Source: an uncultured Candidatus Saccharibacteria bacterium
GTDB taxonomy: Bacteria; Patescibacteriota; Minisyncoccia; Phycocordibacterales; UBA6899
Length of the DNA: 64,000 bases
Direction: 5' to 3'
Assembly (NCBI GenBank): GCA_964515375.1
Contig: CAZERF010000002.1
Location: 29,164-93,163, forward strand
Shown: one piece after another, positions 50,925-59,430 of the stretch
How the letters are laid out: each line of letters opens with the position of its first letter
Numbering within the stretch: the first letter of the stretch is position 1
Position numbers and translations under genes: made by a program
The notes under the pieces: generated by a model
What the model was told of the DNA's origin: nothing
Databases searched by the model: none
What the model saw: the letters and a program-made list of their open reading frames with translations, nothing else

Positions 50925-51635
50925 ATGATCACGGTCTATACGGGCACCGACATGATGGAGGCGCGTCGCGAGGCGCAAGGGGCCGTTGCTTCGTTACGAT
51001 CAGAGTCTCCTAGTTCCACACTTTCTTCGTTTGACGACCTCTCGTTCTCTTTTGAGCAGGCAATGGAGGAATTTCACACCGAAAATCTTTTTGGTGGGCA
51101 AAATATCCTTTATTTTGAAGGTATTTTAGAACATCCCGAGGGTGAGCTTTTCTACCGCACCGTACTTTCCGAGACCCCAAAGATGATCATTGTTGTGGAG
51201 TGTGACATACCGAAGGACCTCCTTGTGTTCTTCGAACGTGTTGGCGTTGTGTGTTCATTTGCCGAGCGCACGGTCGCACGCGTCGAACGCTTCAATTCTT
51301 TTGCGGTCGTCGATGCGCTCATTGCTCGAGATAAGAAGTCGGCATGGGTGGAGTATGTTCGTGGTGTGCGTCGCAAGGAGGTGCCAGAAGCGGTTCATGG
51401 GCAGTTCTTTTGGGCGTTTCGTTCGCTTTATGTCATTGCGACAAATTCGCGCGAAGAAGCCCTTGCCTGTGGGGTCAAGGAGTATACATACAGCAAGAAT
51501 CGCGCCGCACTCGCGCGGTGGACCGTCGAAGAGATACGCACACGCCTCGACATGCTCAAGGACATGTACCACGACGCCCACGAAGGGAAGGTGGAGCTCC
51601 CAGATGCGTTGGAGCGGTTCATTTTGGGGCTGTAA
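50925..51635 (+). CDS. holA: DNA polymerase III delta subunit-like protein (short)
   Basis: MITVYTG.D, NLFG, F.VVDAL..RDKK.AW, ALERFIL pattern of HolA. Confidence 0.6.
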   Translation: MITVYTGTDMMEARREAQGAVASLRSESPSSTLSSFDDLSFSFEQAMEEFHTENLFGGQNILYFEGILEHPEGELFYRTVLSETPKMIIVVECDIPKDLLVFFERVGVVCSFAERTVARVERFNSFAVVDALIARDKKSAWVEYVRGVRRKEVPEAVHGQFFWAFRSLYVIATNSREEALACGVKEYTYSKNRAALARWTVEEIRTRLDMLKDMYHDAHEGKVELPDALERFILGL

Positions 51636-51685
51636 GCATAAAAGACATTACAAGCGCGGTTCTTTGGTGGGTTTTTTACACAAAG

Positions 51686-51810
51686 ATAAAGCCGTCGGAT
51701 TGGAGAGCCCGACGGCCTTGGTGTTTGGAGGAAAACATTTGATTTTGGAAAGAACTACTACATGATGGAGTAGTCCTTGATTAAAAAAGTGGACTATTCC
51801 TTATGTGTCT
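51686..51810 (-). ncRNA. Candidate ~125-nt small RNA
   Basis: Minus-strand TTGATA-17 nt-TATACT promoter (51845-51817), 5' hairpin, C-rich linker, GC hairpin plus T-tract terminator; no ORF. Confidence 0.5.
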
Positions 51811-51853
51811 GATAGAAGTATATATCTGTCCTTGAGAAGTATCAAGGACACAC

Positions 51854-51862
51854 TGTGGATAA
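51854..51862 (-). promoter_or_regulatory. Perfect DnaA box TTATCCACA
   Basis: TGTGGATAA on the + strand. Confidence 0.7.
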
Positions 51863-51886
51863 CTTACGAGAAAACATTGTTACAAC

Positions 51887-52483
51887 ATGCTTATGAAAAA
51901 TTCGCAACTCGTCCTTTTTATCGGTCCGACCTGTGTCGGAAAGACCACGCTTATCAGTGCCTTGCGTGAAAAGTATTTTTCCGATTCCGGGTTGATCGTT
52001 TCGTACACAACGCGACCTCCGCGTGTGGAAATGGGCGAGCGTGACGGTGTTGGCTATTTCTTCGTCTCGGAGGAGGAATTCTTGCGCATGGAGGCAAATG
52101 GTGAGTTCTATGAGTCAGTGAAGCGTCCGACGGGATACTATGCGAGTTCACAGAAGCAGGTGCATGAGCTTTTGGCGGAGCATCCTATCGTTTTTGGTGA
52201 CCTCGATGTTGAGGGTGCGAAGGTGGTCAAAGAACGTGAACCGGACGCGCTCATGGTCTTTCTCTATCCCGACAACATGGAAGACCTTGCCGTACGGCTG
52301 CGTGCTCGCCCGCATCGCGAGCCGGAAACAAAGATCCTCGCACGGTTATCTGTGGCGGAAGAAGAGGTGACGCATCAGGATGAGTTTGATGTGAAGTTGT
52401 GCAACAAGAATGGAAAGTTCGATGAGACCGTTCAGGAAATGCTTTCCATTCTCCGGGCTCGAGGCATAACTTCTTCCGATTGA
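51887..52483 (+). CDS. gmk: Guanylate kinase
   Basis: GPTCVGKTT, SYTTRPPR..E.DGVGYFFVS. Confidence 0.92.
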   Translation: MLMKNSQLVLFIGPTCVGKTTLISALREKYFSDSGLIVSYTTRPPRVEMGERDGVGYFFVSEEEFLRMEANGEFYESVKRPTGYYASSQKQVHELLAEHPIVFGDLDVEGAKVVKEREPDALMVFLYPDNMEDLAVRLRARPHREPETKILARLSVAEEEVTHQDEFDVKLCNKNGKFDETVQEMLSILRARGITSSD

Positions 52484-52612
52484 GGTTATTTTTCCTTTAT
52501 TTTCTTGACTTTTTTGCCTTTCCGTTTAGATTGTGGAGCGGAGGGACTTTGTAGTTCAAAAGGAACTCTGTCCAATTTTTCGTTTTTTTCAACGTGAGTA
52601 AGGAGAAGTATC

Positions 52613-53356
52613 ATGACGCAGAAAATTGCGTTGGTGACCGGCGGCACAACGGGTATCGGTGCCGCGATCGCGGAATGTCTCGCGAAGGCGGGTTATGTGG
52701 TCGGCGTGACCTATTACCCCGGCGACGCACGAAGTGCGGACCTCCCCAAATGGCTCGACGAAGAGCGTGCGAAAGGGTTTTCCTTCGAAGCGTTCCCTGT
52801 CGACGTTGCGGATAGATCCTCGGTTTTGGCGCTTGCAGCGGCGGTGAACGAGAAGCTCGGTCCTCCGCTTGTCTTGGTCAATAACGCGGGTATCACCCTC
52901 GACAAAATGTTCGCAAAGATGGATCTTGCGAATTTTGAGCGGGTGATCCAGACGAACCTGTTGGGTCTCGTCTATGTCACGCACGCCTTTCTTCCGGGCA
53001 TGGTCACCGCGGGTTGGGGGCGTATCGTGAACATGTCGTCCGTGAACGGACAGAAGGGACAAGCCGGTCAGACCAACTACTCCGCCGCCAAGGCCGGCAT
53101 GATCGGTTTTGCCAAGGCGCTCGCGCAGGAAGTTGCTGCGAAGGGTGTGACGGTGAACTGTGTCACTCCGGGGTACACCGCGACGGACATGGTCACCGCG
53201 ATCCGCCCTGATATTCTTGAGGGAATCGTCGGGACGGTTCCGATCAAGCGTCTCTGCGCGATGGAGGAGATCGCCCAGGCGGTTCTCTTCCTTGTGGAAA
53301 ATGGTGCCGCAACCGGTTCGACGGTTTCGGTGAACGGCGGTCTGTACATGGCTTGA
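52613..53356 (+). CDS. phaB: Acetoacetyl-CoA reductase (PhaB-type SDR)
   Basis: TGGTTGIG, NNAGIT.D, SSVNGQKGQAGQTNYSAAKAG, PGYTATDMV, NGGLYM signature of PhaB. Confidence 0.85.
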   Translation: MTQKIALVTGGTTGIGAAIAECLAKAGYVVGVTYYPGDARSADLPKWLDEERAKGFSFEAFPVDVADRSSVLALAAAVNEKLGPPLVLVNNAGITLDKMFAKMDLANFERVIQTNLLGLVYVTHAFLPGMVTAGWGRIVNMSSVNGQKGQAGQTNYSAAKAGMIGFAKALAQEVAAKGVTVNCVTPGYTATDMVTAIRPDILEGIVGTVPIKRLCAMEEIAQAVLFLVENGAATGSTVSVNGGLYMA

Positions 53357-53514
53357 CGATCATTGGTTGTCATAAGGAGGGATGGAAACATCCCTCCTTT
53401 TTTTTGTATCCCGATGAACAATTTTTCCTTTACTTTCCTCATTTTTCTATTAGTATGATGCTCGGAAGTTTTGTTTTTTTGCTCATTCACTCACGCTCAA
53501 TAAGGAGCAGTATC

Positions 53515-54924
53515 ATGAAAACCCAAGGTATTCCGAATGTGGTGAAAGCCACTGTGGGAATGGAAAAGACCATCATCTATACGGTGACCGAAGAAGCACT
53601 GCGCGCGTATTTGGCGGTTTTTGGTAACGGCAACATGGCTCACCGCTCGCTTGGTCATGCCAACATGGTCGGGAAGCGTCGCCCTGCTGTCCCTTCTTCG
53701 TTCTTTGAAGGGGTCGTCAGTTTTGTTGTCGGCAACTATCTTCCCGGCGCCGGTTGTCGTGTACTTCGCGAAGAGCGGTCCGTTCCCGGCCTCGCTTTTC
53801 CCGGAGACGTGCTCACGGTCTCCGCGAAGGTGATCGCGGTCAAAGACGATGTTGCGAAGATCATGGTGACCATCGTGGATCAACACGATGAAGAAATTTG
53901 CTTCTCCGACCTCGATGTTCGCCTTCCTCCGGTCTCCATGCGCTCCTTCCCCGAAAGCTTGCCAAAGGTGCGGGTACGCCAAATCGGCGCGAAGTTCGAG
54001 GAATTACTTGCTCGCGCGACCGATTTCCCTTCCGTGGTCGCGGTAGTTGCATATCCGAAAGACATCGAGCCGATCCGTGGTGCAATGCTTGCGTACGACG
54101 AAGGTATTGCAACCCCGATCTTTGTTGGTGACGAAGAAAAGATCAGGATGGTCGCGACCGCGCATAATGTCTCGCTTGAGGGAGCAAAGGTCATTCCTGT
54201 TGATGGTGATGAGTATGTCGCCTGTGATATTGCCGTGAAACTTGTTCGTGATCATTGCAACCAAGGAATTCCAGTAATACTGGTCAAGGGATCCCCCAAG
54301 ACCGCAACGTTCGTGAAGGCGATCATTCACAAGGAAGATCGCACGAAAGGACTTGCAACAAAGGCTGGCGGCATGTTGACGCACGGACTCGTGATGGACA
54401 TTCCGTCATATCCCGAGTTGATCGCAATGGGGGACGTGGCGATCGTGCCACATCCGGACATTAAACAGAAGGAGGCTATCGCTCGTCGTTTGACCGCTCT
54501 TTTGCGTGCGGTCGGAGTGCGTGAGGTGAGAGCCGCATTCCTTGCCGGTTCGGAAGGGGTGAGCACTGCAATGCCGGAGACGAGTGACGCGAAGATGCTC
54601 GAGGAATTGACCGCGGAGTATTGTTTGGGCGAAGGACCGCTTTCGCTCGATCTCGCAACTTCGTCGGTGCGTGCGCAACGAAAGGGTTTTTCATCGAAAA
54701 TAAAGAGTGCCGCAAACCTCCTCGTTTTTCCGACTCTTGCGGGAGGGAATTTCCTTTACAAAGGTCTCGAGATCTTTGGCGACGCGATGTCCGCCGGTGT
54801 GGTGTTTGGGGCAGACGTACCGATCGTGCTTGTCTCTCGCGGTGACGATGCGGAGGCCTTCCTTTACTCGATCGCTTTGGCGCAGATGCTCCTCGGTTCC
54901 GGTGAGTACGCAAAGCTCGCGTGA
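53515..54924 (+). CDS. MaoC-like hydratase / phosphate acetyl-butyryltransferase fusion
   Basis: N-terminal hot-dog fold (N..H, LPGAG, PGDVLTV); C-terminal LVKG, D.AI.P.P, GPLSLDLA, GNFLYK, PIVLVSRGD; SD AAGGAG. Confidence 0.8.
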   Translation: MKTQGIPNVVKATVGMEKTIIYTVTEEALRAYLAVFGNGNMAHRSLGHANMVGKRRPAVPSSFFEGVVSFVVGNYLPGAGCRVLREERSVPGLAFPGDVLTVSAKVIAVKDDVAKIMVTIVDQHDEEICFSDLDVRLPPVSMRSFPESLPKVRVRQIGAKFEELLARATDFPSVVAVVAYPKDIEPIRGAMLAYDEGIATPIFVGDEEKIRMVATAHNVSLEGAKVIPVDGDEYVACDIAVKLVRDHCNQGIPVILVKGSPKTATFVKAIIHKEDRTKGLATKAGGMLTHGLVMDIPSYPELIAMGDVAIVPHPDIKQKEAIARRLTALLRAVGVREVRAAFLAGSEGVSTAMPETSDAKMLEELTAEYCLGEGPLSLDLATSSVRAQRKGFSSKIKSAANLLVFPTLAGGNFLYKGLEIFGDAMSAGVVFGADVPIVLVSRGDDAEAFLYSIALAQMLLGSGEYAKLA

Positions 54925-55057
54925 ATCTCGTTCATTTCGTTCAGTACTTAGCCCCGTCTTCGGACGGGGTTTCTTTTTTTTGTTGTCTCATTACGACTTT
55001 CGTGTTAGTTTTTGTGCGGAGTTTCTCTTTTTTTGTTGTTTGAATGTCAGGAGAAGG

Positions 55058-56230
55058 ATGATGAAAAATGTTCTGGTGTTGAATGCGGGCTCGTCGAGTC
55101 TTAAATTCGGGTTGTATCGGGTTTTGAATGGAGCAGTGGAGGCATCTTCCCTTTTGCGCGGACTCTTTGAACTCACTGCAAACGGAAGTGTGCTTACGCT
55201 TGTCATTGATGGTCTCTCGACCATACGATCGCTCAATGATGTAAGGGACCACGCTGGTGCGGTTCGTGTTCTGATGGAGATTTTGGGCAATGATGAAGCC
55301 CTCACTCCGCATGCCGTTGGTCACCGTGTTGTGCATGGTGGTGGTGTGTACTTCGACCCTGTGGTGGTGGATGATGAGCTTTACGCAACACTTGGAGGAT
55401 TCATTCCTCTTGCTCCGCTCCATCAGCCGCACAACTTGGCACCCATTGCGGCGCTCATGGAAAAGGGAATGCCCCAGGTTGCATGTTTCGACACCGGCTT
55501 CCATGGGACGATCCCTCGCGTGAATCATGAGTATGCGATTCCCGCCGAATGGACCACGAAAGGTTTTCGCAAGTACGGTTTCCACGGCCTTTCGTACGAG
55601 TACGTTGCTTCGGTGCTTCCTTCGATCGTCGGCGAAGATCTCGCACGTGGGAAGGTCATTGTCGCGCACTTGGGATCAGGTTCGTCGATGTGCGGAATGA
55701 AGGACGGCAAGAGTGTTGTTTCGACGCTTGAGTTCTCGACCATCGGACGACTTCCGATGGGGACACGCCCCGGTGCGATCGATGCGGTCATGGCACTCGA
55801 GATGGCGCGCGAAATCGGGATCAACCAGACGGTTTCGTTGCTCCACAAGAAATGCGGACTTTTGGCTCTTTCCGAACGGTCAAATGATGTACGGGACCTC
55901 GAAGAAGCGGCCACGCAAGGGGACGAGCGGGCCACGTACGCACTCGAATTCTTTGCGGAACAGGCCGCGCAGGAGATCGGCAAGCTTGCTGTTGCATTGC
56001 GCGGGCTTGATGTGCTCGTTTTTACCGCCGGGATCGGCGAGCGGGGGAGCGCGATGCGTGCCCGGATCTGCGCACGCCTCGGAGTCTTTGGTGTCGCGCT
56101 TGCTCGACATGCCAATGAAAACGGAGAGCGAGACATCGGGAAGGTTGGGAACCCTGTCCGCGTCCTTGTCATTCCGACGAATGAAGAGCTGATGATCGCC
56201 CGTCACACCGCGCGACTTATTGGTTCATGA
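55058..56230 (+). CDS. ackA: Acetate/propionate (short-chain acyl) kinase
   Basis: LNAGSSSLKF, GHRVVHGG, APLHQP, FDTGFH, YGFHGLSY, FTAGIGE, PTNEE. Confidence 0.92.
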   Translation: MMKNVLVLNAGSSSLKFGLYRVLNGAVEASSLLRGLFELTANGSVLTLVIDGLSTIRSLNDVRDHAGAVRVLMEILGNDEALTPHAVGHRVVHGGGVYFDPVVVDDELYATLGGFIPLAPLHQPHNLAPIAALMEKGMPQVACFDTGFHGTIPRVNHEYAIPAEWTTKGFRKYGFHGLSYEYVASVLPSIVGEDLARGKVIVAHLGSGSSMCGMKDGKSVVSTLEFSTIGRLPMGTRPGAIDAVMALEMAREIGINQTVSLLHKKCGLLALSERSNDVRDLEEAATQGDERATYALEFFAEQAAQEIGKLAVALRGLDVLVFTAGIGERGSAMRARICARLGVFGVALARHANENGERDIGKVGNPVRVLVIPTNEELMIARHTARLIGS

Positions 56231-56317
56231 TCTTTTGCTTTGCTCCGGCGCCACAATGTGGTGCCGGTTTTTTTTGGTTCAAAAAATGCCCGCCGAGGTG
56301 GCGGGCATGGGTATTGG

Positions 56318-56932
56318 TCACAGGATGCACAAGGGTGCGAAGAGTGTGTTCAGTAAGACTGAAGTCCACGGCACGAACGTGTGTGTGAAATCGTATCGCG
56401 GCGCTCCGTAGACAGCGAGGAGTCCTATCCAGACGGAAGAGACCCAAAGCCAGAGCGTTTCTCGTTGAGGGGTGTTCCAATAATCGATCGCGAGAGGAAG
56501 AAAGGAAATGTAAACCGCGAGAACATACATGATCAAGGCGATCTTCGGGCTGGTGGTCAGCCAAAGAAAGATCGTTACACTGCATAACACAAGTGCTACC
56601 GTCTCGCTGTTTCCCCAATATACAGGGTGCGAAGTATTAAGAACGGCAACAAGGATACATAGTGCCGATGTCGTCCATCCGATCTGAAGGTACGGTCGGT
56701 TGTTCCCACTTTTTATGGCGACCCACAACCCGATGACGTCGAGAACAAGGAGCATGGACCATGATGCGACATTTTGCGGAATATTTCGCGAGAAAACGAA
56801 CCATGCGAAATAGACCGAAACGATGAAGCTCAATACTCCGCTTGCCGGTCCGGCGATCGCGCGGAAGCCAGACAATCTCGGCCCTTCGTTGTCGCACTTC
56901 TTTGTATTCTGCGTGCTGGTAAGGGAGCTCAT
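56318..56932 (-). CDS. Multi-TM membrane protein
   Basis: About 6-7 hydrophobic helices; two internal P....W repeats. Confidence 0.7.
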   Translation of the reverse strand: MSSLTSTQNTKKCDNEGPRLSGFRAIAGPASGVLSFIVSVYFAWFVFSRNIPQNVASWSMLLVLDVIGLWVAIKSGNNRPYLQIGWTTSALCILVAVLNTSHPVYWGNSETVALVLCSVTIFLWLTTSPKIALIMYVLAVYISFLPLAIDYWNTPQRETLWLWVSSVWIGLLAVYGAPRYDFTHTFVPWTSVLLNTLFAPLCIL

Positions 56933-56936
56933 GTTA

Positions 56937-57263
56937 TCACCCTCGGGTCTTGTTGTTTTTGATACCGGATCCGGAGCTCATGATGAAACGCTCGAGACAC
57001 CCTTTTGTGAATTCCTTCATCGTGTCGGTTTTTCCGGTGCATGTTGCGACGCAGTGTCCTTTTGTGGTTGGGCTTTCTGACTCCATCACAACAGTGATCG
57101 CCCCGTCCTTTGCGGTGATCGACACAATGTGCGCGTTGGTTGTTCCTGGAAATTCCATGAAGACCCTAAGGAAGACCGACGCCTCTTTGGATGTGGAATA
57201 TGTTGCGGGAGGTAACTCGAAACGCTGCCCGAACATTTCATTGTATGCGGAGACCCTGATCAT
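56937..57263 (-). CDS. Hypothetical protein
   Basis: SD AAGGAG before ATG at 57263; coupled to the next gene. Confidence 0.55.
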   Translation of the reverse strand: MIRVSAYNEMFGQRFELPPATYSTSKEASVFLRVFMEFPGTTNAHIVSITAKDGAITVVMESESPTTKGHCVATCTGKTDTMKEFTKGCLERFIMSSGSGIKNNKTRG

Positions 57264-57397
57264 GACACACTCCTTTTTTGTTGGGTACGAAATTCTGCTT
57301 GTGATGCTACGATTGAGTGGCAAATATGTCAAATAGTTATTGCGTAAATTTATTTATCATGTTATAATATAAAATAGGAACATCTCAGGAGACCATC

Positions 57398-57607
57398 ATG
57401 TTTTATCGTTTGGTGTGGAATATTCCCGGCCTCAGTTCCGGGAAAGGGTCCTGGCATGATGATGCGGTGCGTCCCGCCTTAATGCGTTATGTTTCGGGGA
57501 TGAACGCGCACTGTGGATCGCGTACACATTGGATCGAGTCCGCTCCTGACCCGCTTGGCGTGGTTCAAGAGGCACGAGTGCTTATGGCGCGTGTCATGAG
57601 AAAATAA
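57398..57607 (+). CDS. Small hypothetical protein
   Basis: TTGCGT...TATAAT promoter, SD AGGAG, terminator AACGGCAAG/CTTGCCGTT. Confidence 0.55.
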   Translation: MFYRLVWNIPGLSSGKGSWHDDAVRPALMRYVSGMNAHCGSRTHWIESAPDPLGVVQEARVLMARVMRK

Positions 57608-57679
57608 AAAAAGTGGAAGACATGAACGGCAAGCGTGACTTGCCGTTTTTTTGTGGAGAGTTTGCACTTGGCTTGATCT

Positions 57680-58170
57680 ACTGACAGGGATCCGTCCTTA
57701 CAGGAGCAGTATCGTTTCCCATTTTCTCACAACAGAAGAATGTCACTCGAAAATAAATGAGAACAGCTTCGAGCTCTGCCGGAAGTACCACGAGACGCTT
57801 CCTTGGGTGACTCACTTAAAAACAGCCTTGCGTCCGTCTCATGTGGCCCCAGCAGGGCTCTCGACTACCGTCGCGGGGACTTTTCGGACTCGAAGACTCG
57901 TTGTCGAAAAGTCTTTCGAGCTCTGTCGGAAGACAAGCAGTTGTCTTCCTCTGGGAGGACAAACAAAATCAGCACCTTGCGGTGAGGTTTTGTCTTTGTC
58001 CCCCCCCAGCAGGGCTCGAAGCTTACAGCTTCAGTACACCTTTCCGATGTTTTGGAAATCGGAATTTCCAAAACATAACGGAGAAGGTCTTCGATCCCTG
58101 CCCGAAAGTGAAGCAGTTCACTTTCTTGGTCGGACATTCGAAAACCGCACTATTGTGCGGCTTTCTCGTG
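57680..58170 (-). repeat. Three degenerate ~155-175-bp structured units, each ending in a tRNA-Lys 3' fragment
   Basis: CCCCCCAGCAGGGCTCGAA at 58002-58020 equals tRNA 58172-58190; CCCCAGCAGGGCTC at 57847; degenerate copy near 57681; shared hairpin layout. Confidence 0.75.
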
Positions 58171-58243
58171 TCCCCCCAGCAGGGCTCGAACCTGCGACCG
58201 TTGGCTTAAAAGGCCACTGCTCTACCAGCTGAGCTATAGGGGG
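58171..58243 (-). tRNA. tRNA-Lys(UUU), CCA not encoded
   Basis: CCCCCTA TAGCTCAGCTGGTAGAGC AGTGGC CTTTTAA GCCA ACGGTC GCAGG TTCGAGC CCTGC TGGGGGG A cloverleaf. Confidence 0.96.
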
Positions 58244-58518
58244 ATTAAATTGTATTCACAACCGTGCACACTTCTCTGCATCTTCATCTGCGACCATTGG
58301 CGTAAAAGGCCATATTCTACATTTGAGAGCGAGGGAGAAAAAGAAGTGTTCGTATTTCTTTTTCAACCGAGTGAACCAAATGTATCTGATACCAGCCGAG
58401 CCATAGGGAGATGTTGTACTTTGAAAAATCATTCAAATACACACTCTTGCCCAAGCGTCACTATGTAAAACCGTGACACCACTAGAGGTTAGCACAATAC
58501 AATGATTTTTTAAAGGGT

Positions 58519-58896
58519 CTAGAGAGGAAGGTCAAAGGCGAAGGGTCCTGGACCAAGGAAGATGAGCGAGAGCGCGACGCAGCCAAGAAGGAAATAGAAT
58601 CTCGCGGGTTCGAGTGTAAATGTCGCGTTCTTTTTCCGGAAGTAGAGAGCAAGAAGCGTCCATGCGAAGGCGACCGCCGCCGCCGCTTGAGTAAAGAGCC
58701 CGATCAGTATGAGTAGTCCCGTCACGATCACGAGTCCGCCCAGTATGTTCCACGCGGCCTTTTCGTTGTCACTGCCCTCTTTGATGAAACGCGCGAGATG
58801 ATAACCGATAGTGATGAAGTAGTAGGCGACCAAGAGACGAAGCACGAAAGGAACATACCAGCTCCAATCAAAAAGCTCGGGGAATAGTGACAACAT
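58519..58896 (-). CDS. DoxX-family membrane protein
   Basis: LRL, GLLILIGLFTQ.AA, LIFLGPGPFAFD. Confidence 0.75.
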   Translation of the reverse strand: MLSLFPELFDWSWYVPFVLRLLVAYYFITIGYHLARFIKEGSDNEKAAWNILGGLVIVTGLLILIGLFTQAAAAVAFAWTLLALYFRKKNATFTLEPARFYFLLGCVALSLIFLGPGPFAFDLPL

Positions 58897-58923
58897 ATGA
58901 CCCTATAGTATCATGGTTCGCAT

Positions 58924-59430
58924 ATGAGCAAAATGCGCGCGCGGTTGTATGTTCCGCGAACTCCTGAAATACAGGTCCTTCTGCATAATATTCGCAGTGC
59001 CCATAATGTCGGTTCGATCTTTCGCACGTCCGATGCGATCGGCGTCTCCCATGTTTACCTCTCCGGGTACACCCCTCTTCCTGTTGACCGCTTTGGTCGT
59101 ACTGTGAAGGAGATCACAAAAACAGCTCTTGGTGCGGAGGTGAGTGTTCCATGGAGTGGGGAACGTAATGTTTCTCGAGTCATTGCGCGCGCAAAGAAAA
59201 ACGGGTTTGTTGTTGTTGGACTTGAGCAAGATGCGCGTTCGGTGGATTATGCGCGTTATTCCGTCGACCGCCCGACGCTCTTTGTGGTGGGGAATGAGGT
59301 GCGTGGAATGTCGGCTTCCTTGCGCGCGCAGTGTGACATCCTCATTGAGATCCCGATGCGTGGAACCAAGGAGTCGCTCAATGTTGCCGTGTCTTTTGGC
59401 GTTGCGCTTTTCCGCATTACTTCGTTGTAG
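58924..59430 (+). CDS. TrmH/SpoU family RNA methyltransferase
   Basis: NIRSAHNVGSIFRT, VGNEVRG, IPMRG.KESLNVAV. Confidence 0.92.
   Translation: MSKMRARLYVPRTPEIQVLLHNIRSAHNVGSIFRTSDAIGVSHVYLSGYTPLPVDRFGRTVKEITKTALGAEVSVPWSGERNVSRVIARAKKNGFVVVGLEQDARSVDYARYSVDRPTLFVVGNEVRGMSASLRAQCDILIEIPMRGTKESLNVAVSFGVALFRITSL

Noticed and set aside
53353-53514. N-terminal extensions given by the ORF track for MaoC-Pta (and likewise for ackA, rpmH, the M23 gene and the pilin fusions)
   Set aside because: The extensions run through terminators or promoters; downstream starts have SD or -10 support.
57680-58170. CRISPR array interpretation of the tRNA-linked repeats
   Set aside because: Units are about 160 bp, degenerate and tRNA-derived, and no cas genes are present.
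57651-58232. 193-aa + strand ORF containing a repeated SFELCRK
   Set aside because: It overlaps tRNA-Lys antisense, and the repeated peptide is just the translation of the non-coding repeat units.
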